Source of the DNA: Magnetococcales bacterium | Lineage (GTDB): Bacteria > Pseudomonadota > Magnetococcia > Magnetococcales > UBA8363 | DNA: 64,000 bases | NCBI GenBank assembly: GCA_002753515.1 | Contig: PEAK01000006.1 | Span: 13,682 to 77,681, forward strand | Direction of reading: 5' to 3' | In this document: piece by piece, positions 7,657-17,183 of the stretch | Layout: every line of letters begins with the position of its first letter | How positions within the stretch are numbered: position 1 is the stretch's first letter | Notes under the pieces: generated by a model | Told to the model about the DNA's origin: nothing | Seen by the model: the letters and a program-made list of their open reading frames with translations, nothing else | The model's database searches: none | Made by a program: the position numbers and the translations under genes

Positions 7657-8969
7657 GCATTACCCTCCGCCGCCAGGGCGCACAACCGGTCCACCAACCA
7701 GCTCCAATCATTCTCTTCCGTCAAGTTTAATGTCTTATCCACTTCTTTGTCCGTAGCCATGTTCAGATCCTGCCATTCGGCCTGTTTGACTTCTAAGTCC
7801 ACATCAAGGGATATCTCGTACACCCCCATCGTCCATTCGACCTGAATGCCCCCTTCCGCCGTGGGATAGAGGTAGGGCAAGGGTAAATCTTTGGGGTAGT
7901 GGTTATCAAAGGTGCTTGCGAACCAATCCAGTCCCTCCCGGCCAGGGGCACGCCCTTCGCCATCCAACCAACCATCCTGCAAAGCGTAGAATTCCTCCAG
8001 CCGGTTCGCCACGAGCCTGTTGAACGCATCTCGTTGCAAATCCCACAAGAAAGATTCATCAGGATGAGCGATAGCCAGTACAGTTAAGGTATCGTACATC
8101 ATCCGCGCTTGAACCAGATCGCCAGCTTGGTCACAGTAGCAGGTAAGACTGTACGCGCCCTTGGCTTGCACCTCCCGTAGGAAAACTTCGTCAGGAGGGG
8201 TAGCGGACAACGCGACTATGGTATCGTACATCCCACGTGCCTGGGTCAGATCGCCAGCTTGGCCATACGCGTTGATCAAATTGAAGGCACCCCAGGCTTG
8301 CTGCTTCCGCAGGGGAACTTCGTCAGGATGATCAGAGGATAGGGTGGCTAAAGCATCGTACATCCCCCGCGCCTGGGTCAGATCGCCGGCTTTGCCATAG
8401 GCAGCAATCAAATTAACCGCGCCCCTGGCTTGATAATCCCTTAAATGAGCTTTGTCATGATGGGCGGCGGACTGCGCGACCAAGCCATCGTACAGATTCC
8501 GTACCTGGGTCAGATCGCCGGCTTGGCCATAATAGCAGAGCAAATTGACCGCACCTTTGGACTGCCAATCCCTCAATGACTCCTTATCGGGATAGGCAAT
8601 GGACAGTGCTACCAGGACATCGTACATCCCTCGCGCCTGAATCAGATCGCCGACCTCAGCATGAGCGATAATCGAGTTGAAGGCGTCCTTGGCTTGCTCC
8701 TCACCCAGGAAAGCCTCGTCAAGATGAACGGCAGACGGTGTGGTCAATTGTTGCTGCAAGTCGCTGTCTTTTTGGGTATGCGTACCCTCATGGCTGACGA
8801 TTTTGATCGAAGCTCCTACCCGAAAAGATTTTGTGACAGGTAGATCGTGCTGGGGCAACGCAACCGGGAAACTTTTTACCTCATAAACCGGGTAGTCCCG
8901 AGTACTACAGAAAGGGGACGAAAGGCCGGAGCATCTCGCGTTGTTCGTGTTAAGCCGGGCAAGAACCAA
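7653..8969 (-). CDS. PPR/TPR-like helical-repeat protein (5 x 44 aa) with an unassigned 118-aa C-terminal domain
   Basis: 438-aa ORF. GDL recurs at residues 107, 151, 195, 239 and 283, an exact 44-aa period. The C-terminal part is EFYALQDGWLDGEGRAPGREGLDWF...PTAEGGIQVEW.... The start is a TTG and is uncertain. Confidence 0.7.
   Translation of the reverse strand: MVLARLNTNNARCSGLSSPFCSTRDYPVYEVKSFPVALPQHDLPVTKSFRVGASIKIVSHEGTHTQKDSDLQQQLTTPSAVHLDEAFLGEEQAKDAFNSIIAHAEVGDLIQARGMYDVLVALSIAYPDKESLRDWQSKGAVNLLCYYGQAGDLTQVRNLYDGLVAQSAAHHDKAHLRDYQARGAVNLIAAYGKAGDLTQARGMYDALATLSSDHPDEVPLRKQQAWGAFNLINAYGQAGDLTQARGMYDTIVALSATPPDEVFLREVQAKGAYSLTCYCDQAGDLVQARMMYDTLTVLAIAHPDESFLWDLQRDAFNRLVANRLEEFYALQDGWLDGEGRAPGREGLDWFASTFDNHYPKDLPLPYLYPTAEGGIQVEWTMGVYEISLDVDLEVKQAEWQDLNMATDKEVDKTLNLTEENDWSWLVDRLCALAAEGNA
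8010..8696 (-). repeat. Five in-frame 132-bp (44-aa) repeats inside the 438-aa gene
   Basis: A conserved core (tcgtacatcc-cgcgcctgggtcagatcgccggc-ttggccata) recurs near 8089, 8221, 8353, 8485 and 8617. The protein unit is approximately GAxNLIxAYGxAGDLTQARGMYDxLxxLSxxHPDExxLRxxQAx. Confidence 0.85.
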
Positions 8970-9186
8970 GGGTTCAACTCCCCAAAATAACGACCATTTA
9001 CCTAGAAGACAAAGACAACGATTACTCCACCGCTATACCGTAAGGCATCTACTAGAAACTCAGTATGATAGTAGACAGCCGCTTGCGTCAAATTGTTCCT
9101 GGATCTCCCACATGTCAGACTCGTTTTAAACAGTTAGTTACCGCCAGATCAACGAGAGGCACGCGAATCTCAGAAAAGCCGGTCGC

Positions 9187-9468
9187 TCACAGACCAAGCT
9201 CACTATGCGAACCAAGACGAACAAGCTGCAACACAACGTTATCCGGTTTACGGTAGATCAACACCAAGTCGGGCTTGACATGGCAGTCCCGATGATCCTT
9301 CCAATCGCCAGTCAGCGCATGGTCGTGGTGTTTTTCTGCCAGAGGTTGGTCATTTGCCAACATCGTGACAACAGCCATGAGGTTACCCGCCAGTGTTTGC
9401 CGATGATAGCCTGTGACTTCGCGTTTATAATCACGCTTGAACTGGCCGGTCCGCTCAATCGTCCGCAT
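9187..9468 (-). CDS. yafQ: Type II toxin, YafQ/RelE family mRNA interferase
   Basis: 93 aa. FKRDYKR..., LTGDWKDHRDCHVKPDLVLIYR and the C-terminal GSHSEL are typical of YafQ-type toxins. Overlaps the upstream antitoxin gene by 14 nt. Confidence 0.8.
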   Translation of the reverse strand: MRTIERTGQFKRDYKREVTGYHRQTLAGNLMAVVTMLANDQPLAEKHHDHALTGDWKDHRDCHVKPDLVLIYRKPDNVVLQLVRLGSHSELGL

Positions 9469-9733
9469 TCAAGTCCGCCATCAAACTCTCAACGTTGGCA
9501 AACGACATCAAACCGCCACTCCTGGCTTCCTTCATCGCCTCAATGGTAACCGGGTTCGGCACCAACGGCTCGAACGGTAGCGCCTTATCGTGGGCAACAC
9601 GAGTCAACAGGATGCGAAAGGCGTCAGATACGGTAAGCCCCATAGCTGCCAACACGGCGGCAGCTTCTTCCTTAATGTGCTTGTCGATTCTGGCACGGAC
9701 CTCAGCATTGGCGGACAAAAGCTTCCTCCTCAA
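9455..9733 (-). CDS. dinJ: Type II antitoxin, DinJ/RelB family
   Basis: 92 aa. RHH-type N-terminus (VRARIDKHIKEEAAAVLAAMGLTVSDAFRILLTRV), typical of DinJ. Located directly upstream of the YafQ-like toxin. Confidence 0.8.
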   Translation of the reverse strand: MRRKLLSANAEVRARIDKHIKEEAAAVLAAMGLTVSDAFRILLTRVAHDKALPFEPLVPNPVTIEAMKEARSGGLMSFANVESLMADLNADD

Positions 9734-9772
9734 AAATATTCGCGTACCATTCCCTGACCCATCCCATATTCT

Positions 9773-12682
9773 TTACAACGATTTGCGCAACCAGGACGCA
9801 TCAGTCTCACGATCCAAAGCCACGGCACTCCCTACCACGGCAAACAAAGCCTCATTCTCCCGAAGGTATTTGTCACTCACCCTTCGCATCGCCTCCAAAG
9901 TCACCTCCAACACCTGCTGCCGATACTGTGTCCGCTGTTTTGCCGTACGCCCATGTAACGCATCGTGAAACGCCCGTCGCGCCTCTCCCGCCGGCGATCC
10001 AGGACGATCAATGGCACCAATCACCCCCAAAATCGCCTCCTCCAGCGCCCGTTCCGGATGATTACCTCCGTGCAACCAATCCAAGGAAAGCTGAAAATCC
10101 CGAATCGTCTCAGCCAAACGGGGATCCCGGTACGAATAGAAACGAAAAGAGGCGGTATCAGAATCATAACCCGCCCCACCACCATACGCCCCACCACGTT
10201 CACGAATGGCACGATGCAAAAAACCATTTTTTAAATATTGCCCCAACACCGAAAGAACCGGGGCATCGGGATGGGCATACGGAACCGAACGATTGACCCG
10301 CGCACAAAAGTTGACCGTTGTCACAATTTCCCAACCCAAATGAGTCACCCCTTCGCCACTGCGCACCTGCAAAGGTTGCATGGCATTAACATTGATTTCA
10401 GGCCACAAGCGAGCCAAGGCTTCCCCCATGGGAGCGAAATCATCCTCTTCTCCAACCACCAACAATTGCCGGGACCCCTGAAGCAAATGTTCCTGAATAG
10501 CCCGGAAATTCCCACACAAGTGCGACAATTTACCGGGGTCATTCAACGATTCGTCCAATTGTTTGAGGCGGCGAATCGCCGACATGCCGCTCCACAATTC
10601 ATGCAGGTAGCCCGTCGGATTGCTGGTGGCACTGGCAGCACTCATGGCCAAACCATGACCGTTATCGTTCACCCTGAGTTCGGCACTGGCCCGAAGTTGC
10701 GCGACCAGTTCACGAATGCGTGTCTGTTCGTCAAACCGGGCATTGACCAGGGTATCGCGAATCAATTCCGCCAAAGGCACCTGATTGCGGGTCAACGCCT
10801 TGCCATACACGGAAAAAACACAGCGAAATTTTCCCGTATCCCCCACATCGCAGCGAACCGACGACCGGGCACCAACGCCGCCACTGATTGCCGATTGCCA
10901 TGCCTGGGTCTCCAAATAGTCCCGTTCCCCCAGACCGACCTCGGCCAGACAGGAAGAAAATAAAGGCAACAAGGCCAACAACTCATCAGGCATCTCCGGT
11001 ACTTCCAGGATAACCTGTTGGTACACCAGCCGATTGGTTGGACAATTAAAATGGGTCAGTGGAATGGCAAACGAAGGTTTTTCCGTCCCCTCCGGAATAT
11101 TCAAGTCGGGAGGGACATCCGCCAGGGTAACCCGGGGCAACACTTCCGAATCATCTTCCTGTTCCTGGCGCGCTTTCAGATTTTCTGCCGCTTGACGGAT
11201 CGCCTGAATCGCTTCCGCCGAAAGATCGGCCCGAATTTTGGCCAATCTTTCCGCCTCGCGCTCAACTTGACGGGCATTCAGGGTGGTATCCGGACTCAAT
11301 ACCACCCGCACCCGATGCGTATTGTCCAGCAGCCATCGTTTCGCCAACTGTTTGATGAACTCCGGATCCTTGACCTCTTCCCGCAGCCGATCAAGCAAGG
11401 GATCCAATGCCAATGCCTTGACCGGATCCCCGCCATGTAACGCCGCTGGCAGTGCTGTCAACATGAGCTTCAGGCCATATGGCAATCCATCGCCGCCAAT
11501 CTCACGTCGTGACAGCTCCAGTTGATGCATCACCGCATCGACCCGTTCCGCCTCAACCCCCTCCCGGGCCACCCGTTCGATCACCTGCAAAATGCCCTGT
11601 TCGACAAGATCTGCCCGTTCCGGCTCTGATCCCTCCACACCGCAGGCGAACACCATTTCCCGACCCGAATCATCCAGACCACACACCGGGGAGGGCGAAG
11701 TCCCCAAATCGGTGGTTTCCAAAAATTTCAGCAGCGGCGACGAACTGTTGTCCAGCAATACCCCGTTGAGCAAGTGGGTTTTGAGCAATAATTCCTGATC
11801 CACACTCTCCCCCAGGAGCCAACCCAGCACAATGTGGGTTTTGCTCTGGGTATTCTCCTCGCCATCCAACGCATAATGACCCGAAACCCGGACGGGATCG
11901 GTCAATCTGTGTTCCAGAGGGACTCGCAAATTCAAGTCGAGGCGGGTGAAATGACGCAGCACCCTGTCCTGAAACAGCGCTTGGTGATCATGCGCCGGAA
12001 TATTACCGAAGGTCATAAAAATGGCATTGGACGGGTGGTAATGCTGGGCATGAAAGTCCCGCAACTGTTTCCAGGTTAAATCGGGTATGTGGGCTGGGTC
12101 GCCACCACTGTTGAAATGATAGGCGTTGGTGGGAAAAATATGTTTGGACAATTGTTCCCAAAGAACCCGTTCCGGGGAACTCATCGCCCCTTTCATTTCG
12201 TTGAACACCACCCCTTTGTACACCAGACGGGCATCTGGGTCATCGGGGTTGTCCAGTTCGATGCGGCACCCCTCCTGGGCAAAATCGAGTTCTAAGAGTT
12301 GCGGAAAAAAGGCTGCGTCCAGATAGACATCCAACAGATTGCTGAAATCCTTGCGCGATTGACTGGCGAAGGGGTACGCCGTCCAATCGCTGGCGGTGAA
12401 GGCATTCATGAAGGTGGACAAGGAACGCCTGAGCATCATGAAAAACGGGTCGCGAACCGGAAAGCGACGGCTGCCACACAGGGCGGTATGTTCCAGGATG
12501 TGGGCTACCCCGGTGGAATCGCTGGGAACCGTCAGAAACGCCACCAGAAAGGCGTTGTGTCCGTCGTCGGTCGCCAGATGGAGATGGCGTGCGTGCGTTG
12601 CCTCGTGGAGGTAGGACTCCACAGTCACTTTCAAGGCTTCCACATGTTCTCGATGGAGAAGTTTAAAGAACGCGTTGTCCAT
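9773..12682 (-). CDS. M16C insulinase-family metalloprotease (PreP-like)
   Basis: 969 aa. Inverted zinc motif HxxEH in GVAHILEHTALCGS, with length and overall pattern typical of M16C presequence-protease-like enzymes. Confidence 0.9.
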   Translation of the reverse strand: MDNAFFKLLHREHVEALKVTVESYLHEATHARHLHLATDDGHNAFLVAFLTVPSDSTGVAHILEHTALCGSRRFPVRDPFFMMLRRSLSTFMNAFTASDWTAYPFASQSRKDFSNLLDVYLDAAFFPQLLELDFAQEGCRIELDNPDDPDARLVYKGVVFNEMKGAMSSPERVLWEQLSKHIFPTNAYHFNSGGDPAHIPDLTWKQLRDFHAQHYHPSNAIFMTFGNIPAHDHQALFQDRVLRHFTRLDLNLRVPLEHRLTDPVRVSGHYALDGEENTQSKTHIVLGWLLGESVDQELLLKTHLLNGVLLDNSSSPLLKFLETTDLGTSPSPVCGLDDSGREMVFACGVEGSEPERADLVEQGILQVIERVAREGVEAERVDAVMHQLELSRREIGGDGLPYGLKLMLTALPAALHGGDPVKALALDPLLDRLREEVKDPEFIKQLAKRWLLDNTHRVRVVLSPDTTLNARQVEREAERLAKIRADLSAEAIQAIRQAAENLKARQEQEDDSEVLPRVTLADVPPDLNIPEGTEKPSFAIPLTHFNCPTNRLVYQQVILEVPEMPDELLALLPLFSSCLAEVGLGERDYLETQAWQSAISGGVGARSSVRCDVGDTGKFRCVFSVYGKALTRNQVPLAELIRDTLVNARFDEQTRIRELVAQLRASAELRVNDNGHGLAMSAASATSNPTGYLHELWSGMSAIRRLKQLDESLNDPGKLSHLCGNFRAIQEHLLQGSRQLLVVGEEDDFAPMGEALARLWPEINVNAMQPLQVRSGEGVTHLGWEIVTTVNFCARVNRSVPYAHPDAPVLSVLGQYLKNGFLHRAIRERGGAYGGGAGYDSDTASFRFYSYRDPRLAETIRDFQLSLDWLHGGNHPERALEEAILGVIGAIDRPGSPAGEARRAFHDALHGRTAKQRTQYRQQVLEVTLEAMRRVSDKYLRENEALFAVVGSAVALDRETDASWLRKSL

Positions 12683-13005
12683 GGTACTCCTTTATGTAAC
12701 CCTGCATTTACACAAGTCTTCCATTCTTGATTATTTTAACCTTACATCGCAATGGTCCGATCTTTATCCCCCCCGATTATGTCGTCACAAAAACAAGGAT
12801 GTTTTTATGCCACCAAAAAACGATGTGATAGCGAAACTCTGTTGAACATTGCTGGGGTGGCTCATAGAATTGACTTTCAGTTGCGCGATCAGGGCATGAA
12901 AACATGCTGCTGCTGATACGTAAACCTGGAGTCCAGAACGAAGGGAACTTCCTCGAATCTGGGTCCCAATCCACCCAATTTTTTCTAAAATCTCGGAGGT
13001 GAATC

Positions 13006-14277
13006 ATGGCGGATGGGCAAGCCGCGGGCCAAACCATTCTGGTCGTCGGCGGCGGAATCAGTGGTCTAACCACTGCCGTTGAGGCTGCCGAAGTCGGATA
13101 TAATGTTCTTCTGGTTGAAAAATCTCCCCATTTTGGCGGACGGGTTGCACAACACAATAAATATTTCCCCAAATTGTGTTCGCCCACCTGCGGGTTGGAA
13201 ATCAACTATCAACGCATCAAGAACAATCCCCGCATTCGACTGATGACGCTGGCAGAGGTAGAAAATATCACCGGGTCGGCTGGAGCCTATACCGCAAGGA
13301 TCCGCCAGAATCCACGCTTCGTAAACCAAAAATGTACGGCATGCGGTGATTGTGCCAAGGCGTGTCAAACCGAGGTGGCCAATCCGTACAATTTTGGCTT
13401 GGGCAAGGTCAAGGCGATTCGCCACGACCATTTGATGGCCTTCCCCAGCCACTACTACATGGATCCCGATTTTGCAGCAACCGAAGAAGCACAAAAATTG
13501 GTCGCGGTCTGTCCGGTGGGAGCTATCGAACCCGGCATGCAGGCGACAGTTACGGAAGAAAAGGTGGCCAGTATCGTTTGGGCGACCGGCTGGAAACCTT
13601 ACGACGCCGAAAAAATCATGCCTTACGGTTTCGGTCGCTTTGCCAATGTCACCACCAACATGCGCTTTGAACGGATGGCCGACAAGTTCGGTCCAACCGG
13701 TGGTAAAATCACACGTCCTTCCGATGGCAAGGAAGCCAAAAATATTGCCTTCATTCAATGTGCCGGCTCCCGGGATCACAATTATCTCCCGTTTTGCTCA
13801 CGCATATGCTGCCTGGCTTCGATGAAGCAGGCCACCTACGTTCGGAGCCAATATCCCGACTCCAAGGTGACCATCTATTACATCGACCTCAGGGCCATGG
13901 ATCGCTACGAATCCTTCCAAAAAATGGTGGAGGCCGATTCCGAGGTCCGGTGGATCAAGTCCAAGCCGGCGCGCATTGATGAAGATCCCAAAACGGGCAA
14001 TCCCATTGTGGTGGGCGAAAACACCCTGACCGGGGTCCGTTATGAAGAACCTTACGACTTGGTAGTCCTGGCGACGGGGATGGAACCCAATTCTGCAACC
14101 CAGGCCAAGGTTCCCATGTCTGATGCCCAGTACGACGAGTATGGGTTTGTCGTATCGGGCGGCGGACTTTTTTCGTCGGGCTGCTCCAGCCAACCCAATG
14201 ATGTGTCCGGTTCGGTGCAATCAAGTACGGCATCCGCGCTGAGAGCCATTCAAACTGCTGTGAATGCAAAGGGATAA
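13006..14277 (+). CDS. qmoA: QmoA-type HdrA-like flavoprotein
   Basis: 423 aa. FAD-binding VVGGGISGLTTAVEAAE...EKSPHFGGR and an HdrA-like core without a membrane domain. RBS GGAGGTG lies 5 nt upstream of the ATG. Followed by a QmoB-like gene. Confidence 0.8.
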   Translation: MADGQAAGQTILVVGGGISGLTTAVEAAEVGYNVLLVEKSPHFGGRVAQHNKYFPKLCSPTCGLEINYQRIKNNPRIRLMTLAEVENITGSAGAYTARIRQNPRFVNQKCTACGDCAKACQTEVANPYNFGLGKVKAIRHDHLMAFPSHYYMDPDFAATEEAQKLVAVCPVGAIEPGMQATVTEEKVASIVWATGWKPYDAEKIMPYGFGRFANVTTNMRFERMADKFGPTGGKITRPSDGKEAKNIAFIQCAGSRDHNYLPFCSRICCLASMKQATYVRSQYPDSKVTIYYIDLRAMDRYESFQKMVEADSEVRWIKSKPARIDEDPKTGNPIVVGENTLTGVRYEEPYDLVVLATGMEPNSATQAKVPMSDAQYDEYGFVVSGGGLFSSGCSSQPNDVSGSVQSSTASALRAIQTAVNAKG

Positions 14278-14284
14278 GGGAACG

Positions 14285-16498
14285 ATGGAAAAAAAGATTG
14301 GTTGCTATATCTGTACCGGCTGTGGCATCGGGGAGGCGTTGGATGTCGCAAAGCTTGAAAAAATTGCCGCCAAGGAACAAAAAATCCCCGTCGTTAAAAA
14401 CCACGCATTCCTTTGCGGCGACGAAGGAATCAACCTGATTCGGCAGGACATGGAAGCGGATGGGGTGAATGCCCTGGTGATCGTCGGCTGCTCCCCTCGT
14501 GTCAAAACCGAATCGTTTCGTCTCGGCGTCCCCATGATGGACCGGGTTGACGTTCGCGACAAATGTTTGTGGGTTTTGGACGTGCCCGAAGGCGATAAAG
14601 ATGCCAAGGGTAATCGGCAAATGATGGCCGAAGACTATGTCCGTATCGGCTGTGTCCGGGTCAAGAAGATGAATGACCCCAAACCTTACGAAGCTTCCAC
14701 CCCGTTCTCCAAAGATGTGTTGGTCGTGGGTGGTGGCATCGCTGGCCTGACTGCTGCCCTTGAGGTGGCCCGTACCGGTTACAATTGCCTTTTGGTGGAA
14801 AAAGAGGAGAGCCTTGGCGGCAAGGTGGCTAAGATGCACAAGGTATCACCAGCCAAGCCCCCTTACAACAAACTGGAGGAGAATCCCCTCCCCAAACTCA
14901 TGGCGGATGTCAAAGGCAACAATCGTATCCGTATCATGAACAACACCGTGGTGCAAAAAACCGTGGGGGCACCAGGATTGTTTGATGTCACCCTCAAGGG
15001 CGGTTCCGGCACCTCGACCGAACGGGTGGGCAGCATCATCGTCGCCACCGGTTACAACTTTTACGACCCTTCCAAACTGGACAAACATTTGGGATATCAG
15101 GAAACACCCGATGTGATTACCAGTATGGAATTTGAAGAAATGGCCAAAACGGGCAAGATCGTTCGCAAATCGGACGGCAAACCCGCCAAACGGGTGGCGT
15201 TCTCCCTTTGCGCCGGCCAACGCGACACCAAACATTTGGAATATTGTTCCGGGGCGTGTTGCGTCTACTCCCTCAAGCAGGCGTTGTATGTCATCGAAAA
15301 CCATCCCGATGCCTCGGCCTATCTGATTTATCAGGAAATGCGTACTCCGGGGCAGATGGAAGATTTTTATCGCAAGGTTCAGTCCGAGGGCGGTATTTTC
15401 ATCAAGGGTGACGTCAAACAGGTATCAGCCGCTGGTACGGGACTGACCCTGGAGGTGGATGACAAACTGTTGCGGCAAAACATCAAGATGGATGTGGATC
15501 TCCTGGTTCTGGCCACGGGTATGGAGACCACGGTGGACACCGTCGATCCCAATTCCGCATCTCCGGTTGGCAGTCAGGTGGACGAACTGCCGGGATCGGT
15601 TCTCAACCTGCAATACCGCCAAGGTCCCGGCTTGCCATCGTTGAAGAACAATTTCCCCGATTCCCATTTCATCTGTTTTCCTTACGAAACCAGACGCACG
15701 GGAATCTATGTGGCGGGTCCGGCCCGGCGTCCCATGGGTATCGCCTCCACCCGTACCGATGCAGCGGGAGCAGCACTCAAAGCCATTCAGGTTGTCGAAT
15801 CGGTGGCGCGTGGGGCTGCGGTTCATCCCCGGGCTGGAGATCTCTCCTTCCCATCGTTTCGCGAAGAGGGGTGTACCCAGTGTAAACGGTGTACCGAAGA
15901 GTGTCCGTTTGGTGCCATCAACGAAGATGCCAAGGGTAATCCATTGTTTAACCCGACCCGCTGCCGCCGTTGCGGTACGTGTATGGGGGCTTGCCCACAA
16001 AAGATCATCTCCTTTGCCAACTATTCGGTGGATATGATCGGCTCCATGCTGAAAGAGATGGAAATCCCCGAAGCAGACGAAGAAAAACCGCGTATTTTGG
16101 TGTTCGCCTGTGAAAACGATGCCATTCCCGCCTTGGATATGGTGGGACGCAGCCGTCTCGGGGCCTTATCGCCCTTTATCCGCATCATTCCCTTGCGCTG
16201 TATGGGTTCCATGAGCTTGGTGTGGATCGCCGATGCCATGTCCAAGGGCTACGACGGTATCCTGTTGATGGGATGTCGTCATGGTGACAACTACCAGTGC
16301 CACAACGTTCGGGGTTCCGCTTTGGCGGAAATCCGTTTGAGCAAAGTTTCCGAAACACTGGATCGGCTACAGTTGGAATCGGATCGGGTTAAAATGGTGG
16401 AAGTCAATATTATGGATGCCGAAACCTTGCCACAGGTGATCAATAATTTTGTGGCACAAATCAGCGAGCTGGATCCCAATCCCTACAAGGAATTTTGA
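14285..16498 (+). CDS. qmoB: QmoB-type HdrA-like flavoprotein with ferredoxin-like inserts and an MvhD-like C-terminal domain
   Basis: N-terminal Cys cluster CYICTGCG, FAD motif VVGGGIAGLTAALE, 2x[4Fe-4S] motifs CTQCKRCTEECP / CRRCGTCMGACP, and a C-terminal MvhD/FlpD-like segment (ILVFACENDAIPALD...GCRHGDNYQCH). The ATG at 14285 has AAGGGA upstream; the track start at 14264 is less likely. Confidence 0.8.
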   Translation: MEKKIGCYICTGCGIGEALDVAKLEKIAAKEQKIPVVKNHAFLCGDEGINLIRQDMEADGVNALVIVGCSPRVKTESFRLGVPMMDRVDVRDKCLWVLDVPEGDKDAKGNRQMMAEDYVRIGCVRVKKMNDPKPYEASTPFSKDVLVVGGGIAGLTAALEVARTGYNCLLVEKEESLGGKVAKMHKVSPAKPPYNKLEENPLPKLMADVKGNNRIRIMNNTVVQKTVGAPGLFDVTLKGGSGTSTERVGSIIVATGYNFYDPSKLDKHLGYQETPDVITSMEFEEMAKTGKIVRKSDGKPAKRVAFSLCAGQRDTKHLEYCSGACCVYSLKQALYVIENHPDASAYLIYQEMRTPGQMEDFYRKVQSEGGIFIKGDVKQVSAAGTGLTLEVDDKLLRQNIKMDVDLLVLATGMETTVDTVDPNSASPVGSQVDELPGSVLNLQYRQGPGLPSLKNNFPDSHFICFPYETRRTGIYVAGPARRPMGIASTRTDAAGAALKAIQVVESVARGAAVHPRAGDLSFPSFREEGCTQCKRCTEECPFGAINEDAKGNPLFNPTRCRRCGTCMGACPQKIISFANYSVDMIGSMLKEMEIPEADEEKPRILVFACENDAIPALDMVGRSRLGALSPFIRIIPLRCMGSMSLVWIADAMSKGYDGILLMGCRHGDNYQCHNVRGSALAEIRLSKVSETLDRLQLESDRVKMVEVNIMDAETLPQVINNFVAQISELDPNPYKEF

Positions 16499-16550
16499 TC
16501 CGGTAGTCTCGTCAAGCAACCCTGAGGAATCCTGAAACTTCAGAGATTTC

Positions 16551-17183
16551 TTGGGTAATGGCATGGTTTTCGACTGGAGAACACTCATGACTTACGACCT
16601 GACCTTTGCCAAAGAGGTCTATGAAAATTCGGAAGAGGGGCACTGGATCAAGATGTGCATGCAGTGCGGGGTATGCGCCGGTTCCTGTCCCTTGGGTTTC
16701 CTGGGGGCATGGAAGCATTCGCCACGGCAAATCTTTCAGATGGTACGCGCCGGTCTGCGTGACGAAGTCCTCACCAGCACCGACATGTGGATGTGTACCT
16801 CGTGCTACAATTGCATCGTCCGTTGCCCACGTAATTTGCCCATCACCCACATCATCCATGGTTTGGCACGCTATGCCTCCGTCCAGGGCAAGGCAGATCC
16901 CAAACAACCCACCCATCAGTTCGCCAAGGATATTTTCTGGGAAAATATCGTGGCAACCGGGCGGGTTGGCGAGGCGGCCCTGACCATGAAACTATACTTC
17001 AAAGATGGTATCGGCGAGGGCATCAAACAAGGCTTGGAAATGAAAGATTCGGCTTTGGGAATGCTGAAGGCCAAACGTCTCAAACCGCTCCCATTTCGCG
17101 GAAAAATCAAGGGGTACCCCGGATTCAAGGCCATGTTGAACAAAGCCTTTGAACTTGAAAACAAGAAGGAGGGCAAGGCATGA
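16551..17183 (+). CDS. hdrC: HdrC-like 2x[4Fe-4S] ferredoxin subunit (soluble)
   Basis: Motifs CMQCGVCAGSCP and CTSCYNCIVRCP, with no hydrophobic TM stretch. The stop overlaps the hdrB-like start by 4 nt. The exact start is uncertain (several Met in the first 13 codons). Confidence 0.75.
   Translation: MGNGMVFDWRTLMTYDLTFAKEVYENSEEGHWIKMCMQCGVCAGSCPLGFLGAWKHSPRQIFQMVRAGLRDEVLTSTDMWMCTSCYNCIVRCPRNLPITHIIHGLARYASVQGKADPKQPTHQFAKDIFWENIVATGRVGEAALTMKLYFKDGIGEGIKQGLEMKDSALGMLKAKRLKPLPFRGKIKGYPGFKAMLNKAFELENKKEGKA

Noticed and set aside
5253-9733. A chromosomal integron cassette array, suggested by several small same-strand TA cassettes in a row.
   Set aside because: I compared the DNA just downstream of hepT, the 123-aa gene and yafQ. 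I found no shared attC-like imperfect inverted repeats or GTTRRRY core sites, and no intI integrase is present in the window.
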